Counted from the first letter of the stretch, positions 1 to 9,564 are shown. The stretch: 64,000 nt of DNA from Casimicrobiaceae bacterium (GCA_036379595.1 DASVGI010000084.1:2203-66202); one strand, 5' to 3'. The notes: generated from the sequence alone by a model not told the origin. Program-made: numbers and translations.

Positions 1-263
1 TCGCCGTCGCGGATCGCCCGCGCATCGATCACGTCGACCGACGCGGGAACGTCGAACGTGCTCTCCGCGTGGCGCGTCGCGGTGACGGTCACCGCCGGAA
101 GCGTCGCCGTCGCGGTGGCACCCGTCGGCGCCGCAGTGCCGTCACCCGCCGCCTGAGCCACCGCCGGCTGCGCATGGAGCACCAGCACGAGCAGCACCAG
201 CAGCACCAGCAGCACGACCGTCGACAGCGCGCCGCCCCCTGCAGCGAGAATTCGACGCTTCAT
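1..263 (-). CDS. TonB-dependent receptor, N-terminal part only (gene continues past the window start)
   Basis: Not in the ORF track because there is no stop in the window. Manual reverse translation from ATG 263..261 gives MKRRILAAGGGALSTVVLLVLLVLLVLVLHAQPAVAQA (signal peptide), then LPAVTVTATRHAESTFDVPASVDVIDARAIRDG. This is a typical plug-domain opening of TonB-dependent receptors. Confidence 0.6.
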   Translation of the reverse strand, partial: MKRRILAAGGGALSTVVLLVLLVLLVLVLHAQPAVAQAAGDGTAAPTGATATATLPAVTVTATRHAESTFDVPASVDVIDARAIRDG

Positions 264-380
264 CGATGGCGTTGCAGACATGCCGGCACCCGGGAATCAG
301 CCGGGACGCCCGGCGCACGTCGGAGCATACGGAAACCGGGAAGTTCCTGCCAGATGCCGCGCCGATTGTCGCGGATCGAG

Positions 381-1088
381 CTACCGCGTTGCCGGGCGAG
401 TGCGATCCCCCGCGGAGGTGGCGTCGGTTACGGGAACGCAGCCGGGCGCCGCAACGCGGCCGCGCGACGTAACGCGACCTGGCGCCACGACGCGGCCGAA
501 CAGCGGCCGCCACGCGACGGCGATCGCCCAGATGAGCCCGGCGACGACGAGCAGCGTCCCCGCATGCCGCTGGTCGCCCTGCAGATAGGCCGCGCAGAGC
601 CGCTCGTCCGACGCCGCGTACCCCCAGCCGAACCGCACGAAGGTCGCGATCACTTCGACGTGGATCACCGCGCGCGCGATCGGCGGGCAGCGCGGCCAGG
701 AGATCGCTGCTGCGGCGCCGAGCCCGAGTGCTAAGGTCGCGAACTTGAGCGCGTCCCAGCCGAGGTCGAGCCTCGCCGCATCGACGCTTCGCGGCAGCAT
801 CCACAGCAGCATCGTGAAGCTCGCGATGACGAGCCCGGTCGCGCCGCCGGCATTGAACGAATCGACGAAGCTTCGCGCGCGTCCCGCAGCGCTTGCCTGC
901 GGCGCGCGACGCCACGCTGCGCCCATCCACCAGCCCGCGAGCACGATCAGCGGCATCTGCACGAGCATCTGCCGCGCCATCGACGCCTCGCCGAGCGAGC
1001 GGAGCGGCGGCACGACGAGGGCAGCCGCGAGCAGCAGCCCGGCCGCAAGCCACACCGGCAGAGGCCGTCGCTCGACTCGCGTCACCAC
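381..1088 (-). CDS. polytopic membrane protein, last gene of the oxidase operon (possibly a caa3-type CtaG-like assembly factor)
   Basis: ORF 381..1088 (235 aa, GTG start). It has several hydrophobic spans (LPVWLAAGLLLAAALVV, MPLIVLAGWWMG, GLVIASFTMLLWML, LLVVAGLIWAIAVAW). It sits 14 nt downstream of the SCO1 gene on the same strand. The family call rests on context only. Confidence 0.5.
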   Translation of the reverse strand: MVTRVERRPLPVWLAAGLLLAAALVVPPLRSLGEASMARQMLVQMPLIVLAGWWMGAAWRRAPQASAAGRARSFVDSFNAGGATGLVIASFTMLLWMLPRSVDAARLDLGWDALKFATLALGLGAAAAISWPRCPPIARAVIHVEVIATFVRFGWGYAASDERLCAAYLQGDQRHAGTLLVVAGLIWAIAVAWRPLFGRVVAPGRVTSRGRVAAPGCVPVTDATSAGDRTRPATR

Positions 1089-1101
1089 CGGTCACCTCGC
1101 A

Positions 1102-1710
1102 TTACCATCGCGCGCGCACCGCCGCGGCGATCGCCGCGGGATCCTTCGAATCGACGAGCTCGACTAATCGGCGGTCAGGGTCGACGAGTGCCGCCGCCTC
1201 GTTGTGAACGTAGCCGCCGATGCCGTCGTCGATCACCACCACGCCGAAGGCAACGAGCCAGCGCGGCAGATCGCGCGCGTCCACGGGAACCGCCGCATCG
1301 CGGCCCGGCAGCATCGGGCCATCGCGCGCGAGGAACGCGCGCAGCGCGGCGGGATCGTCGCGCGGGTCGAACGAAATCGAGACGAGCGCTACCTGACCCT
1401 GCGCGATGTCGGGAGCGAGGAGCTCCGCCACCCGATGGTCGATCGATCCCTGGACGAGGCAGAGCGATTCGCAGCGCGTGTAGATGAAATCGACCAGCAG
1501 CCAGCGCGCAGGCACATCGGCGAGCGGCCCGACGTGCCCGTCGGCGAAGCGCAGCGCAAGCGCCGGTATCGGCTGCGGATGCGCAAGCGCGGCGATGCGG
1601 CGCGCCGACTCGAGCGTGAAGGCCGAGAGACCGTCGGTCGCCGTCCAGGTGACCGCAAGCCCTGCCGCGAGCGCAACGATGGTGGCCGCGAGGGTCCGCG
1701 TCGCGCTCAT
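1102..1710 (-). CDS. SCO1/SenC family copper chaperone
   Basis: C-terminal 202 codons of ORF 1102..3048, starting at MSATRTLAATIVALAAGLAV (membrane anchor). It has the CxxxC motif (YTRCESLC) and a thioredoxin-like core (VALVSISFDPRDDP). It lies directly downstream of oxidase subunit I. Confidence 0.85.
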   Translation of the reverse strand: MSATRTLAATIVALAAGLAVTWTATDGLSAFTLESARRIAALAHPQPIPALALRFADGHVGPLADVPARWLLVDFIYTRCESLCLVQGSIDHRVAELLAPDIAQGQVALVSISFDPRDDPAALRAFLARDGPMLPGRDAAVPVDARDLPRWLVAFGVVVIDDGIGGYVHNEAAALVDPDRRLVELVDSKDPAAIAAAVRARW

Positions 1711-1730
1711 CGGCAGGGGGCTCCACTTCC

Positions 1731-3203
1731 CTAAGCCGCGAGCGATGCCTTCGGAAGACGGGCGAGAATCCTGCCTCCGAGGAAGAGCACGCAGAGCAGC
1801 ACGATGGTTCCTGCCACCGCACCGGCTTGCGCGTACCAGACCCACGGCGCATCGTACGTCGCGAAACGGCGCGGAATGCTGTGAAAGCCACTGTTGAGGA
1901 ACACGCAGCAGAAGCACACGCCGGCGATCACGTAGCCCCAGAACACGGTCTGGTCGAGCACGGTGTTGCTGCGCCGATCGCGCGTGCACGCGTAGAGCAG
2001 CGTTCCCAGCACCATCGGCAGCATCCCGAGCAGCAGGTAGAAGTGGAAATGCCCGGGGACCCACAACGTGTTGTGCATCACGAGGTTGACGCGGATCGTC
2101 CCGTCGACGATCGCCGGAATCACCCCCGCCGCCCAGCCGAAGACGCCGAACACGAGGAGGCGCAGCGGCGTCTCCCACTTCACGCCGCTCTTGTACAGGT
2201 TGACGAGCGCGCCCCACGCGGTGACGAGAAGAACCGGGATGCCGCTCAGGTAAGAGACGATCTGCCCGGTGGCCGCCATCCAGCGAGGCATCGCGTAGTC
2301 CATCAGCAGGTGGTGCGGGTAGACCGAAAGCACCAGCAGCACGACGGCTGCCCACGACCCGAGGAACGCGCGATTGACCTTCCACGGCCTGCCGGTGTAG
2401 CGCGGAATGATCTCGTAGACGCCGATCACCGCCATGTAGATGGTGACATTGATGAACACGTGCCCGAAGAAGTAGATCAGGTTCTTCATCAGCAGCGCAT
2501 CCATCGCGATGCCGGGCTCGTAGAGCGACACCAGCGTCATGATCAGCACGATGGCGCCTCCGAGGATGCCGAGCACGTTGACGATGATCGCCATCGTGCT
2601 CGCCACGACGGTGGCGGGATGTGCCGGATCGACGTTGCCGGAGATCAGCTGATCGAGCCCCAGCCCGCGCGCGAGGCTGCCGTAGCGCCGGATGATCCCG
2701 AGCGCGCAGTCCGCGTAGAAGATCAGGAAGCCCACGCCGATCAGCAGATAGCCGACCACGAACGCCGCTGCCGCGCTTGCGCTCCAGAGTCCCATGCTGT
2801 GCCCCGGAAGCGGGTACAGGAACGTCCACGCCCCCGCGAAGCCTCCGAGACCGATCGAGATCAGGATCAGCACGACCCCCACGAGCGAGAGCCCCATCAT
2901 CGCGAGGAACGCTCCGTTCGAGAGCTCGACGTAGCGCCGCAGGAAGTACCACATCACGGCGGCTCCCGCGAGGGAGGCGGTGCCGACCATGCCGGCACCG
3001 TGCAGGGTCAGGATCTCGTAGAAGTAATTCGGCGGGACGCCGAGCCACGTCCCCTGGGTCGCGCGCATCACGACGCCGGCGAGCATCATCAGCAGGAACA
3101 CTGCGATACCGACAGCGGCATAGACCTGGAAGGCGAACCTGGCGCGCGGCGTATCGGGTGTGACCGACGGCGCGGGTGTGACCGAAGCAGTGTAGGCAGG
3201 CAT
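1731..3203 (-). CDS. heme-copper oxidase subunit I, B-family (ba3-like)
   Basis: ORF 1731..3260, with the start taken at MPAYTAS (ATG 3203). It is a roughly 12-13 TM protein with paired-His motifs (VYPHHLLMD and WVPGHFHFYLL), as expected for CuB and heme ligands. The overall look resembles Thermus-type CbaA. Confidence 0.85.
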   Translation of the reverse strand: MPAYTASVTPAPSVTPDTPRARFAFQVYAAVGIAVFLLMMLAGVVMRATQGTWLGVPPNYFYEILTLHGAGMVGTASLAGAAVMWYFLRRYVELSNGAFLAMMGLSLVGVVLILISIGLGGFAGAWTFLYPLPGHSMGLWSASAAAAFVVGYLLIGVGFLIFYADCALGIIRRYGSLARGLGLDQLISGNVDPAHPATVVASTMAIIVNVLGILGGAIVLIMTLVSLYEPGIAMDALLMKNLIYFFGHVFINVTIYMAVIGVYEIIPRYTGRPWKVNRAFLGSWAAVVLLVLSVYPHHLLMDYAMPRWMAATGQIVSYLSGIPVLLVTAWGALVNLYKSGVKWETPLRLLVFGVFGWAAGVIPAIVDGTIRVNLVMHNTLWVPGHFHFYLLLGMLPMVLGTLLYACTRDRRSNTVLDQTVFWGYVIAGVCFCCVFLNSGFHSIPRRFATYDAPWVWYAQAGAVAGTIVLLCVLFLGGRILARLPKASLAA

Positions 3204-3216
3204 GGCGGCGTTCTCC

Positions 3217-3747
3217 TCAGGATCCGGCGACGACCTTGACGACGCCGCGCATGTTCGCATGCGCGATGCCGCAGTATTCGAGGCACAGCACCTGGTATTC
3301 CCCCGGCGCGTCGAAACGGATGCGAAGCCGGTTCACGTACCCGGGCATCACCTGCGCCTGCGCGACGATATGGGTCTCGTCGCGATAGAGCGCGAAGTCG
3401 TGGTTGACGTCGGCGCTGTGCAGTTGGAATTCGACCATCTTGCCCGCCGGGACGGTGCTGGGGACGATGTCCCAGCTCCATTGGCGCGCGGTGGCCTGCA
3501 CGACGACGTCGGGTGCGCCGGCATCGCGCGCGTACGCGGCGATCGGCCAGTGGCGCAGCGTTCCCACCGTGATGACGACGCCGGCCGCGAGCGCGACCCA
3601 GACGAGCGGCCCACGCCATCGATATCCGTGCTTCGACACCGCGGCCGGATCCGGCGCGGCCTCGCGCGACTTCGCGCACACCCACAGAAAGACGACCGCG
3701 ACCAGCGCCATCAGAACCAGCGACAGCTCCCACGCAACCTGTTGCAT
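3217..3747 (-). CDS. heme-copper oxidase subunit II (CuA domain)
   Basis: ORF 3217..3846, starting at MQQVAWELSLVLMALVAVVFLWV (single TM). The CuA ligand pattern is H..(LHSADVNHDF)..CLEYCGIAHANM. It lies 14 nt upstream of subunit I. Confidence 0.85.
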   Translation of the reverse strand: MQQVAWELSLVLMALVAVVFLWVCAKSREAAPDPAAVSKHGYRWRGPLVWVALAAGVVITVGTLRHWPIAAYARDAGAPDVVVQATARQWSWDIVPSTVPAGKMVEFQLHSADVNHDFALYRDETHIVAQAQVMPGYVNRLRIRFDAPGEYQVLCLEYCGIAHANMRGVVKVVAGS

Positions 3748-3802
3748 ATGTCCCCCCTTTTTTCGACGACGACGTCGAGGTGAATGCAGCGTGCCTCTGC
3801 GA

Positions 3803-4249
3803 TCAGGCCGCCTGCGCGAGCCGCAGCGTGACGAAGCGCAGCGCAAAGGTCCGGTCGGCCACCAGATCGGTGAGCGTCACGCGCCGAAGCTCCGCGACGA
3901 ATGCGGCGCTGGCGATCGACAGCGCGTGCTTCAGCGTGCACGGCCCCTTCAGCACGCAGCGCTGCGCGGCGCAGTCGACGATCGTCAGGTCGCGCTCCAT
4001 GCATTCGACGACTTCGCCGATGTTGATCGCGGACGCGGAACGGCCGAGCCGGAGTCCGCCGTGACGGCCCTGTGTGGTCGCGAGGTAGCCCTCCGTCGCC
4101 AGGCGGTGCACGACCTTGCGCAGGTGATCGTGCGAGACGCGATAGAAGCGCGCGATCTCGCGCATCGTCACGCGCGGGTGGCCGGGGGGCTTCTGCGCGA
4201 GATAGAGCAGCACGCGAAGCGAAAGGTCCGTGAAGCGGGAGAGCTGCAT
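3803..4249 (-). CDS. Rrf2 family transcriptional regulator, NsrR-like (three-Cys Fe-S motif)
   Basis: ORF 3803..4249 (148 aa). It has an N-terminal wHTH (MQLSRFTDLSLRVLLYLA, MREIARFYRVSHDHLRKVVHRL) and a Cys cluster (DCAAQRCVLKGPC). It is the first gene of the oxidase operon. Confidence 0.85.
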   Translation of the reverse strand: MQLSRFTDLSLRVLLYLAQKPPGHPRVTMREIARFYRVSHDHLRKVVHRLATEGYLATTQGRHGGLRLGRSASAINIGEVVECMERDLTIVDCAAQRCVLKGPCTLKHALSIASAAFVAELRRVTLTDLVADRTFALRFVTLRLAQAA

Positions 4250-4337
4250 GGCGGTCCCCGCGATTCGATGCGCGCAATATACATCGTTTTGCGACGCTGT
4301 AAAGGGACCGCGCTCGCGCCGCCGACCGCGCGGGGGG

Positions 4338-5537
4338 TCAGTCGCCGGCGGCGGGCTGCTCGTCGAGACCGGTGCCGGTCGAGCGCGGGAGCAGCATCAC
4401 GACGCCGAGCGTGACGACCGCGGTTCCCGCCATCAGCAGGAGGAGCGTGCGGAATCCCGCGACCTCGACGAGCGGGCCCAGGAGCCACACGGCGAGCGAG
4501 CTCACGCCGAACGCGACGGCAAGACGCATCCCCGAGACGCGCGAGCGCATCGTGTCGTCGACGTAGCGCACGATCAGCGCATCGGTGAACGGGATGGCGC
4601 CGAAGACCGCGATCATGAACGCGATCATCAGCGCGAACAACGCCCAGCCCTGCGCGCCTGCCGCGGCGGCGAAGAGGGGGATCTGCATCGCGACGATCGC
4701 CGCATAGAGAAGCTTGACCGGCACGCGGTCGAGCAGCACCCCGACCGTCACCTGGGCGAGCGCGCCGGCGACATAGACCGCGGCGAGCAGCGCTCCGAGC
4801 AACGCCGGATCCTCGACGATGCCGCGGAAGCGCTCGCGCAGCAGCTCACCGTTGCCGTTGGTCGTGAAGTTGAACAGCATGCTCCCCGAGATCGACGCGA
4901 CGGTAATCACCGCGAAGACGTGCGCAAGCGCGCGTCGCGGCAGCATCGCCCGCGTCACCTCGCGCCGTGCCGGCGCCACGGCTTCGAGCGGAGCGGTCCG
5001 GGCGAACGCGATCCCGCAGCCGAGCGACACCAGCGCCGGAAGCGCGAACGCTGCGCGCCAGCCCATGTACTTGACGATGAAGCCGGTGACAATCGCGGAG
5101 AGCGCCACGCCGAGGTTGCCGGCGAGACCATTGACGCCGATCACCAGGCCGGGGCGCGGCGCGCCGCGAACGAGCATCGGAATGCCGACCGGGTGGTAGA
5201 TCGCGGCGAAGGCGCCGAGCACCGTCAACGCAACCCCGAGCTGCCACGCGCTCCTCGTCAGTGCAACCGCGAGCGCGGCGAACCCCATGCCGAAGAAGAA
5301 GATCAGCATCAACCGCCGCCTGCCCCAGAGATCTCCGAGACGTCCCGCCGGCAGCGAGCCGAGGCCGAACAGCGCGAATGCCCCCGCGCCCCACGGCATC
5401 AGGTCCTCCCAGCGTGCGAAGCCGAGCTCGGCCGCAATCGAGCCGACGGCCGACGCGAAGATCAGCAGGAACATGTGATCGATCGCGTGGCCGGCATTGA
5501 GAAGCAGGCCCGCAGCGCGGGTCGGACGAGCCGTCAT
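4338..5537 (-). CDS. MFS transporter
   Basis: ORF 4338..5537 (399 aa). It has about 12 hydrophobic segments and an MFS-like loop (GRLGDLWGRRRLM). Confidence 0.8.
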   Translation of the reverse strand: MTARPTRAAGLLLNAGHAIDHMFLLIFASAVGSIAAELGFARWEDLMPWGAGAFALFGLGSLPAGRLGDLWGRRRLMLIFFFGMGFAALAVALTRSAWQLGVALTVLGAFAAIYHPVGIPMLVRGAPRPGLVIGVNGLAGNLGVALSAIVTGFIVKYMGWRAAFALPALVSLGCGIAFARTAPLEAVAPARREVTRAMLPRRALAHVFAVITVASISGSMLFNFTTNGNGELLRERFRGIVEDPALLGALLAAVYVAGALAQVTVGVLLDRVPVKLLYAAIVAMQIPLFAAAAGAQGWALFALMIAFMIAVFGAIPFTDALIVRYVDDTMRSRVSGMRLAVAFGVSSLAVWLLGPLVEVAGFRTLLLLMAGTAVVTLGVVMLLPRSTGTGLDEQPAAGD

Positions 5538-5544
5538 CGCCGGA

Positions 5545-6453
5545 TCATCCGCGTGCTGCGAGCGCCGCGGCGACGCGGTCGGAGACCAGCGTCGAGACCC
5601 GCAGGTCGGATTCCGTCGTGCGTCCGGCGATGTGCGGAGTGAGCAGGAGCCGCGGGCACCCGGCGAACGCCGACCCCGCGGGGAGCGGTTCGCAGGCGAA
5701 CACGTCGACCGCGGCGCCGCGCAGGCGGTGCGCGCGGAGTGCGGCGGCGAGTGCTGCCTCGTCGACGATCCCGCCGCGCGACGTGTTGATCAGGACCGCA
5801 TCCTCGCGCAGGAGGCCGATGCGGCGCGCGTCGACGAGCCCGCGCGTCGCCGCGGTCAGCGGCAGATGCAGGGTGACGACGTCGGCTTCGCGCAGCAGTT
5901 GGTCGAGCTCGCACGGCCGCGTGGCCGTGTCCGCCCACACGCGATCGTCAGGAGCCACGGCGGGATCGTGTGCGATCGCGCGCATGCCCGCCGCTCGTGC
6001 GAGCGCCCCGGTCGCGCGGCCGATGCTGCCGAAGCCGACGAGGCCGATCGTGCGTCCGGCGATCTCGCATCCACGCGCAAGCTCGTCGCGCGGCCAGTGA
6101 CCGTCGGCGACGGCGGCCGTCGCTGCAAACACGCCGCGGAGCAGGACGAGCGCCGCCGCGAGCACGTATTCGGCGACCGCGCGCGCGTTGGCGCCGACGG
6201 CGGGAAACACCTCGACGCCGCGCGCGGCGCAGGCGGCAAGGTCGATGTTGTCGAGGCCGACGCCGAGCCGACCGACGACCGCGAGGCGCGGCGCGGCGGC
6301 GAGGAGCGCCGCATCGACGCGCGTCGCATTGCGCACGATCAGCGCATCGGCGTCGCCGACCGCCTCGCGCAGTGACGAGGGCTCGTCGACGAGCCGCGGG
6401 TCGTAGCGAACGTCGAAGCGCTGCGCGAGCTGCGCGACCGCGCCCTCCTCCAT
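5545..6453 (-). CDS. D-isomer-specific 2-hydroxyacid dehydrogenase (PGDH-like)
   Basis: C-terminal 302 codons of ORF 5545..7881. The NAD fold is GRTIGLVGFGSIGRA. Catalytic-region motifs are LINTSRGGIVDE and TPHIAGRT. The true start may lie up to 27 nt upstream, because LKRIVVSEL precedes the first ATG. Confidence 0.85.
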   Translation of the reverse strand: MEEGAVAQLAQRFDVRYDPRLVDEPSSLREAVGDADALIVRNATRVDAALLAAAPRLAVVGRLGVGLDNIDLAACAARGVEVFPAVGANARAVAEYVLAAALVLLRGVFAATAAVADGHWPRDELARGCEIAGRTIGLVGFGSIGRATGALARAAGMRAIAHDPAVAPDDRVWADTATRPCELDQLLREADVVTLHLPLTAATRGLVDARRIGLLREDAVLINTSRGGIVDEAALAAALRAHRLRGAAVDVFACEPLPAGSAFAGCPRLLLTPHIAGRTTESDLRVSTLVSDRVAAALAARG

Positions 6454-6476
6454 CAACTCGCTGACGACGATGCGCT

Positions 6477-6911
6477 TCAGGTGGCGAAGAGCTGGTCGAT
6501 GTCGGCGAACGCCTTGAACTCGAGCGCGTTGCCGAACGGGTCGAGGAAGAACATCGTCGCCTGCTCGCCGGGCTCGCCGCGAAAGCGCACGTAGGGCTCG
6601 ATGACGAAGCTCACGCCGGCGGCGCGAAAGCGCTCGGCGAGCCGGTCCCAGGTCTTGCGATCGAGAACGACGCCGAAGTGGCGCACCGGCACCGCGCGCC
6701 CGTCGACGTCGCTCGTCGGCTCGCGCATTGCTGCCTCGTCGACCTTGTGCGCGACGATCTGGTGGCCGAAGAAGTCGAAATCGACCCACGCGTCGCTGCT
6801 GCGGCCCTCGGCGCAACCGAGGAAGTCGCCGTAGAAGCGCCGCGCCTCGGCGAGATCGGTCACCGGAAAGGCGAGGTGGAAGCGCGGATAGTTCGGCGTC
6901 GGTCGATGCAT
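6477..6911 (-). CDS. VOC (glyoxalase/bleomycin resistance/dioxygenase) family protein
   Basis: ORF 6477..6911 (144 aa). [17 protein letters not shown]...HFGVVL...[12 protein letters not shown] is the typical beta-alpha-beta-beta-beta VOC pattern. Confidence 0.8.
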   Translation of the reverse strand: MHRPTPNYPRFHLAFPVTDLAEARRFYGDFLGCAEGRSSDAWVDFDFFGHQIVAHKVDEAAMREPTSDVDGRAVPVRHFGVVLDRKTWDRLAERFRAAGVSFVIEPYVRFRGEPGEQATMFFLDPFGNALEFKAFADIDQLFAT

Positions 6912-6914
6912 GGA

Positions 6915-7793
6915 TCAGCCCTGCAGCCCCCATTTTCGCACGGTGCGCGCTTCGAGCGTGCGGAAGATCACGTTCTCGACGATGAGACCGATCACGATGA
7001 CGGTGAAGAGCCCGGCGAACACGCTCGGGATCTCGAGCTGGTTCTTGTTCTCGTAGATGTACCAGCCGAGGCCGCCCGAGCCCGACGAAACGCCGAACAC
7101 GAGCTCGGCGGCGATCAACGTGCGCCAGGCGAACGCCCAGCCGATCTTGAGCCCGGTGAGGATGCTCGGAAATGCCGCCGGAATCAGGATCCGCGCAACG
7201 TAAGGCAGTCCGCGCAGGCCGTAATTGCGCCCGACCATCCGCAGCGTGTTCGAGACCGACAGGAAGCCCGAATGCGTGTTGAGCGACACCGCCCACAGCA
7301 CCGAGTGGATGATCACGAAGATGATGCTCCCCTCCCCCAGCCCGAACCAGATCAGCGCGAGTGGCAGGAGCGCGATCGCCGGCAGCGGGTTGAACATCGA
7401 CGTCAGGAGCTCGAGGAGATCGGTGCCGATGCGCGTGCTGATCGCGACCACGGTCAGCACCGCCGCGCAGACGATGCCCGCCGCGTAACCCTTCAGCAGC
7501 ACCTTGACCGACGTCATCGCCTTGACGAAGAGATCGCCGCCCAGCATGCCGTGCACGAACGCCTGCACGGTCGCCGAGAAGGTGGGGAACAGCAGCGGAT
7601 TGTGGAGCTGTCGCGCGTAGAGCTCCCACGCGACGGCGAGGATGACGATCAGCGCGAGCTTGCGCACGGCGCCGATGTTCAGGATGCGCTCGCGAACCGA
7701 CAGCGGCTTCTGGACGATGCCGAAGGCACCGGAGGCGATCGGCTCGCGAACGATCTCGGGCCGACGCGGCGAAACGACGAACGATGCGCTCAT
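6915..7793 (-). CDS. ABC transporter permease (NitT/TauT-type)
   Basis: ORF 6915..7793 (292 aa). It has six hydrophobic spans and its stop-start overlaps the ATPase gene (7790..7793). Confidence 0.85.
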   Translation of the reverse strand: MSASFVVSPRRPEIVREPIASGAFGIVQKPLSVRERILNIGAVRKLALIVILAVAWELYARQLHNPLLFPTFSATVQAFVHGMLGGDLFVKAMTSVKVLLKGYAAGIVCAAVLTVVAISTRIGTDLLELLTSMFNPLPAIALLPLALIWFGLGEGSIIFVIIHSVLWAVSLNTHSGFLSVSNTLRMVGRNYGLRGLPYVARILIPAAFPSILTGLKIGWAFAWRTLIAAELVFGVSSGSGGLGWYIYENKNQLEIPSVFAGLFTVIVIGLIVENVIFRTLEARTVRKWGLQG

Positions 7794-8590
7794 ACATGCT
7801 CCTCGTGCGGGGCACCGGGCTCGACGGCGTCGGCGAAGAGCATCGCGTGGATGCGCTTCTCGAGCGCGCCGACGGCTGCACCGTCAGCGCCCGGGTCGAG
7901 GCTGTCGAGCTCGGCCTTGACCTGCCCCGGGTGCGGCGTCAGGAGCAGGATCCGGCTGCCGACGCGGATCGCCTCGGGGATCGAATGCGTGACGAACAGG
8001 ACCGTGAAGTGCGTGTCCTCCCAGAGTGCCAGAAGCTCGTCCTGCATGCGCCGGCGGGTCAGCGCATCGAGCGCCGCGAACGGCTCGTCCATCAGGAGGA
8101 TCGCAGGCTCCATCGCCATGCCGCGTGCGATCGCGACGCGCTGCTTCATGCCTCCCGAGAGCGTGTGGGGGTAGCTGTCGGCGAAGCGCGTGAGGTTGAC
8201 CTTCGCGATGTACTCGAGCGCCTTCTCCTCGGCTTCGCGCCGCCCCATCCCGCCCCCCGAGCGCAGCGGGAACATCACGTTCTCCTTCACCGTGCGCCAC
8301 GGCAGGAGCTGGTCGAACTCCTGGAACACCATCATCCGATCGGGGCCCGGACGCCGCACGACCTCGCCTTTCAGCCTGATCTCGCCTTCGACCGGTTGCA
8401 GGTAGCCGCCGACGGCTTTCAGCAGCGTCGACTTGCCGCAGCCGGACGGGCCGAGAAGGATGAAGCGATCGGCCGGATACACGTCGAAATCGACGCGATA
8501 GGTCGCGGTGATCAGCCGGTCGCGCGTCTTGTACTGCAGCGTGACGCCGCTGACGGCGAGAAGCGGCGCGGGCCCGGCTGCCGCTGTCAC
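7790..8590 (-). CDS. ABC transporter ATP-binding protein
   Basis: Part of ORF 7790..9013. Walker A is GPSGCGKST, the signature is LSGGMKQR, and Walker B is LLMDEPFAALD. The GTG at 8590 overlaps the upstream stop (GTGA). An alternative in-frame GTG lies at 8605. Confidence 0.85.
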   Translation of the reverse strand: MTAAAGPAPLLAVSGVTLQYKTRDRLITATYRVDFDVYPADRFILLGPSGCGKSTLLKAVGGYLQPVEGEIRLKGEVVRRPGPDRMMVFQEFDQLLPWRTVKENVMFPLRSGGGMGRREAEEKALEYIAKVNLTRFADSYPHTLSGGMKQRVAIARGMAMEPAILLMDEPFAALDALTRRRMQDELLALWEDTHFTVLFVTHSIPEAIRVGSRILLLTPHPGQVKAELDSLDPGADGAAVGALEKRIHAMLFADAVEPGAPHEEHV

Positions 8591-9564
8591 GCGTGCTGTC
8601 GCCACGGCAGGGCATCGAGTCCGACGTTGCCCCCCGAGATGACGACTCCGACACGCATCCCCGCGAAGCGCGCGCGGTGCTCGAGCAGACACGCGAGCGG
8701 CACCGCGCCCGAAGGCTCGACCACCTGCTTCATCCGCTCGAACAGCATCCGCATCGCGGCCACGATCGCCTCCTCGCTGCAGGTGACGATCGCCTCCACG
8801 CCGGCCCTGAGCGCCGCGAGCGTGCGTGGCGACAGCGTCGTGCGCAGGCCGTCCGCGATCGTCACCGTGGGGGCGAGCGCTTCGACACGTCCGCTCGCGA
8901 AGCTCCGCGCGGCATCGTCGGCGTTGACCGGCTCGGCGCCGAACACGCGAATGCCCGGCGCGGCCGCGCGCACGGCGATCGCCGTTCCCGACAGGAGCCC
9001 GCCGCCGCCGCACGGCGCGATCACCGCGTCGAGATCGGTGACGTCGTCGATGAGCTCGAGCGCGACGGTTCCCTGTCCGGCGATGACGCGCGGGTCGTCG
9101 AACGGATGGATCAGCGTGGCGCCGCTCTCACGGGCGACCTCGGCGCACGCCGCCTCGCGTGCGGCGACGGTCGGTGCGCAGAGGCGCACCGTGGCGCCGA
9201 AGCGGCGAACGTTCGCCTGCTTGATCGCCGGCGCATTCTCCGGCATCACGACCCACGCCGGAATGCCGCGTCGTGCTGCCGCGTACGCGAGTGCCGCGCC
9301 GTGATTGCCCGACGAATGGGTGACGACGCCGCGCGCGGCCTCGGCCTCGTCGAGCGAGAACACGGCATTGCACGCGCCGCGCGCCTTGAATGCGCCGATC
9401 TTCTGCAGGTGCTCGGCCTTGAAGTGCAGCGACGCACCGGTTTCGGCGTCGATCGATGCCGACGTCAGCACCGGCGTGTGGTGCACGAGGCCGGCGATCC
9501 GCCGCTGCGCCTCGCGGATCGCCGCGAGATCGGGGAGCCCGGGCGCGGCGACCGCCTCGGCCAT
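8587..9564 (-). CDS. PLP-dependent threonine/serine dehydratase (serine racemase-like fold type II)
   Basis: C-terminal 325 codons of ORF 8587..10278, starting at MAEAVAAPG. The PLP-Lys motif is KIGAFKARGA, with SSGNHG and a GGGGLLSG loop. Confidence 0.85.
   Translation of the reverse strand: MAEAVAAPGLPDLAAIREAQRRIAGLVHHTPVLTSASIDAETGASLHFKAEHLQKIGAFKARGACNAVFSLDEAEAARGVVTHSSGNHGAALAYAAARRGIPAWVVMPENAPAIKQANVRRFGATVRLCAPTVAAREAACAEVARESGATLIHPFDDPRVIAGQGTVALELIDDVTDLDAVIAPCGGGGLLSGTAIAVRAAAPGIRVFGAEPVNADDAARSFASGRVEALAPTVTIADGLRTTLSPRTLAALRAGVEAIVTCSEEAIVAAMRMLFERMKQVVEPSGAVPLACLLEHRARFAGMRVGVVISGGNVGLDALPWRQHA

Noticed and set aside
264-380. A possible riboswitch (for example cobalamin) or Fur box could lie upstream of the TonB-dependent receptor gene.
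   Set aside because: Only about 117 nt are available, which is too short for a cobalamin riboswitch. I could find no B12-box-like or Fur-box-like sequence, only a weak 5-bp hairpin.
4264-4290. An NsrR/Rrf2 operator could lie upstream of the Rrf2 gene (GATGCGCGCAATATACATC).
   Set aside because: Only the outer four bases of each half-site are symmetric (GATG..CATC). I cannot score it against a curated matrix here, so it is mentioned in the finding but not called as a feature.
6454-6480. A CTG start overlapping the upstream stop (CTGA) would add LKRIVVSEL to the 2-hydroxyacid dehydrogenase.
   Set aside because: The added residues look like the genuine N-terminal beta-strand of this family, so the protein may well begin upstream of ATG 6453. 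However, CTG is a rare initiator and no ATG or GTG is available there. A TTG at 6456 adds only one residue. The conservative ATG was reported and the uncertainty is noted.
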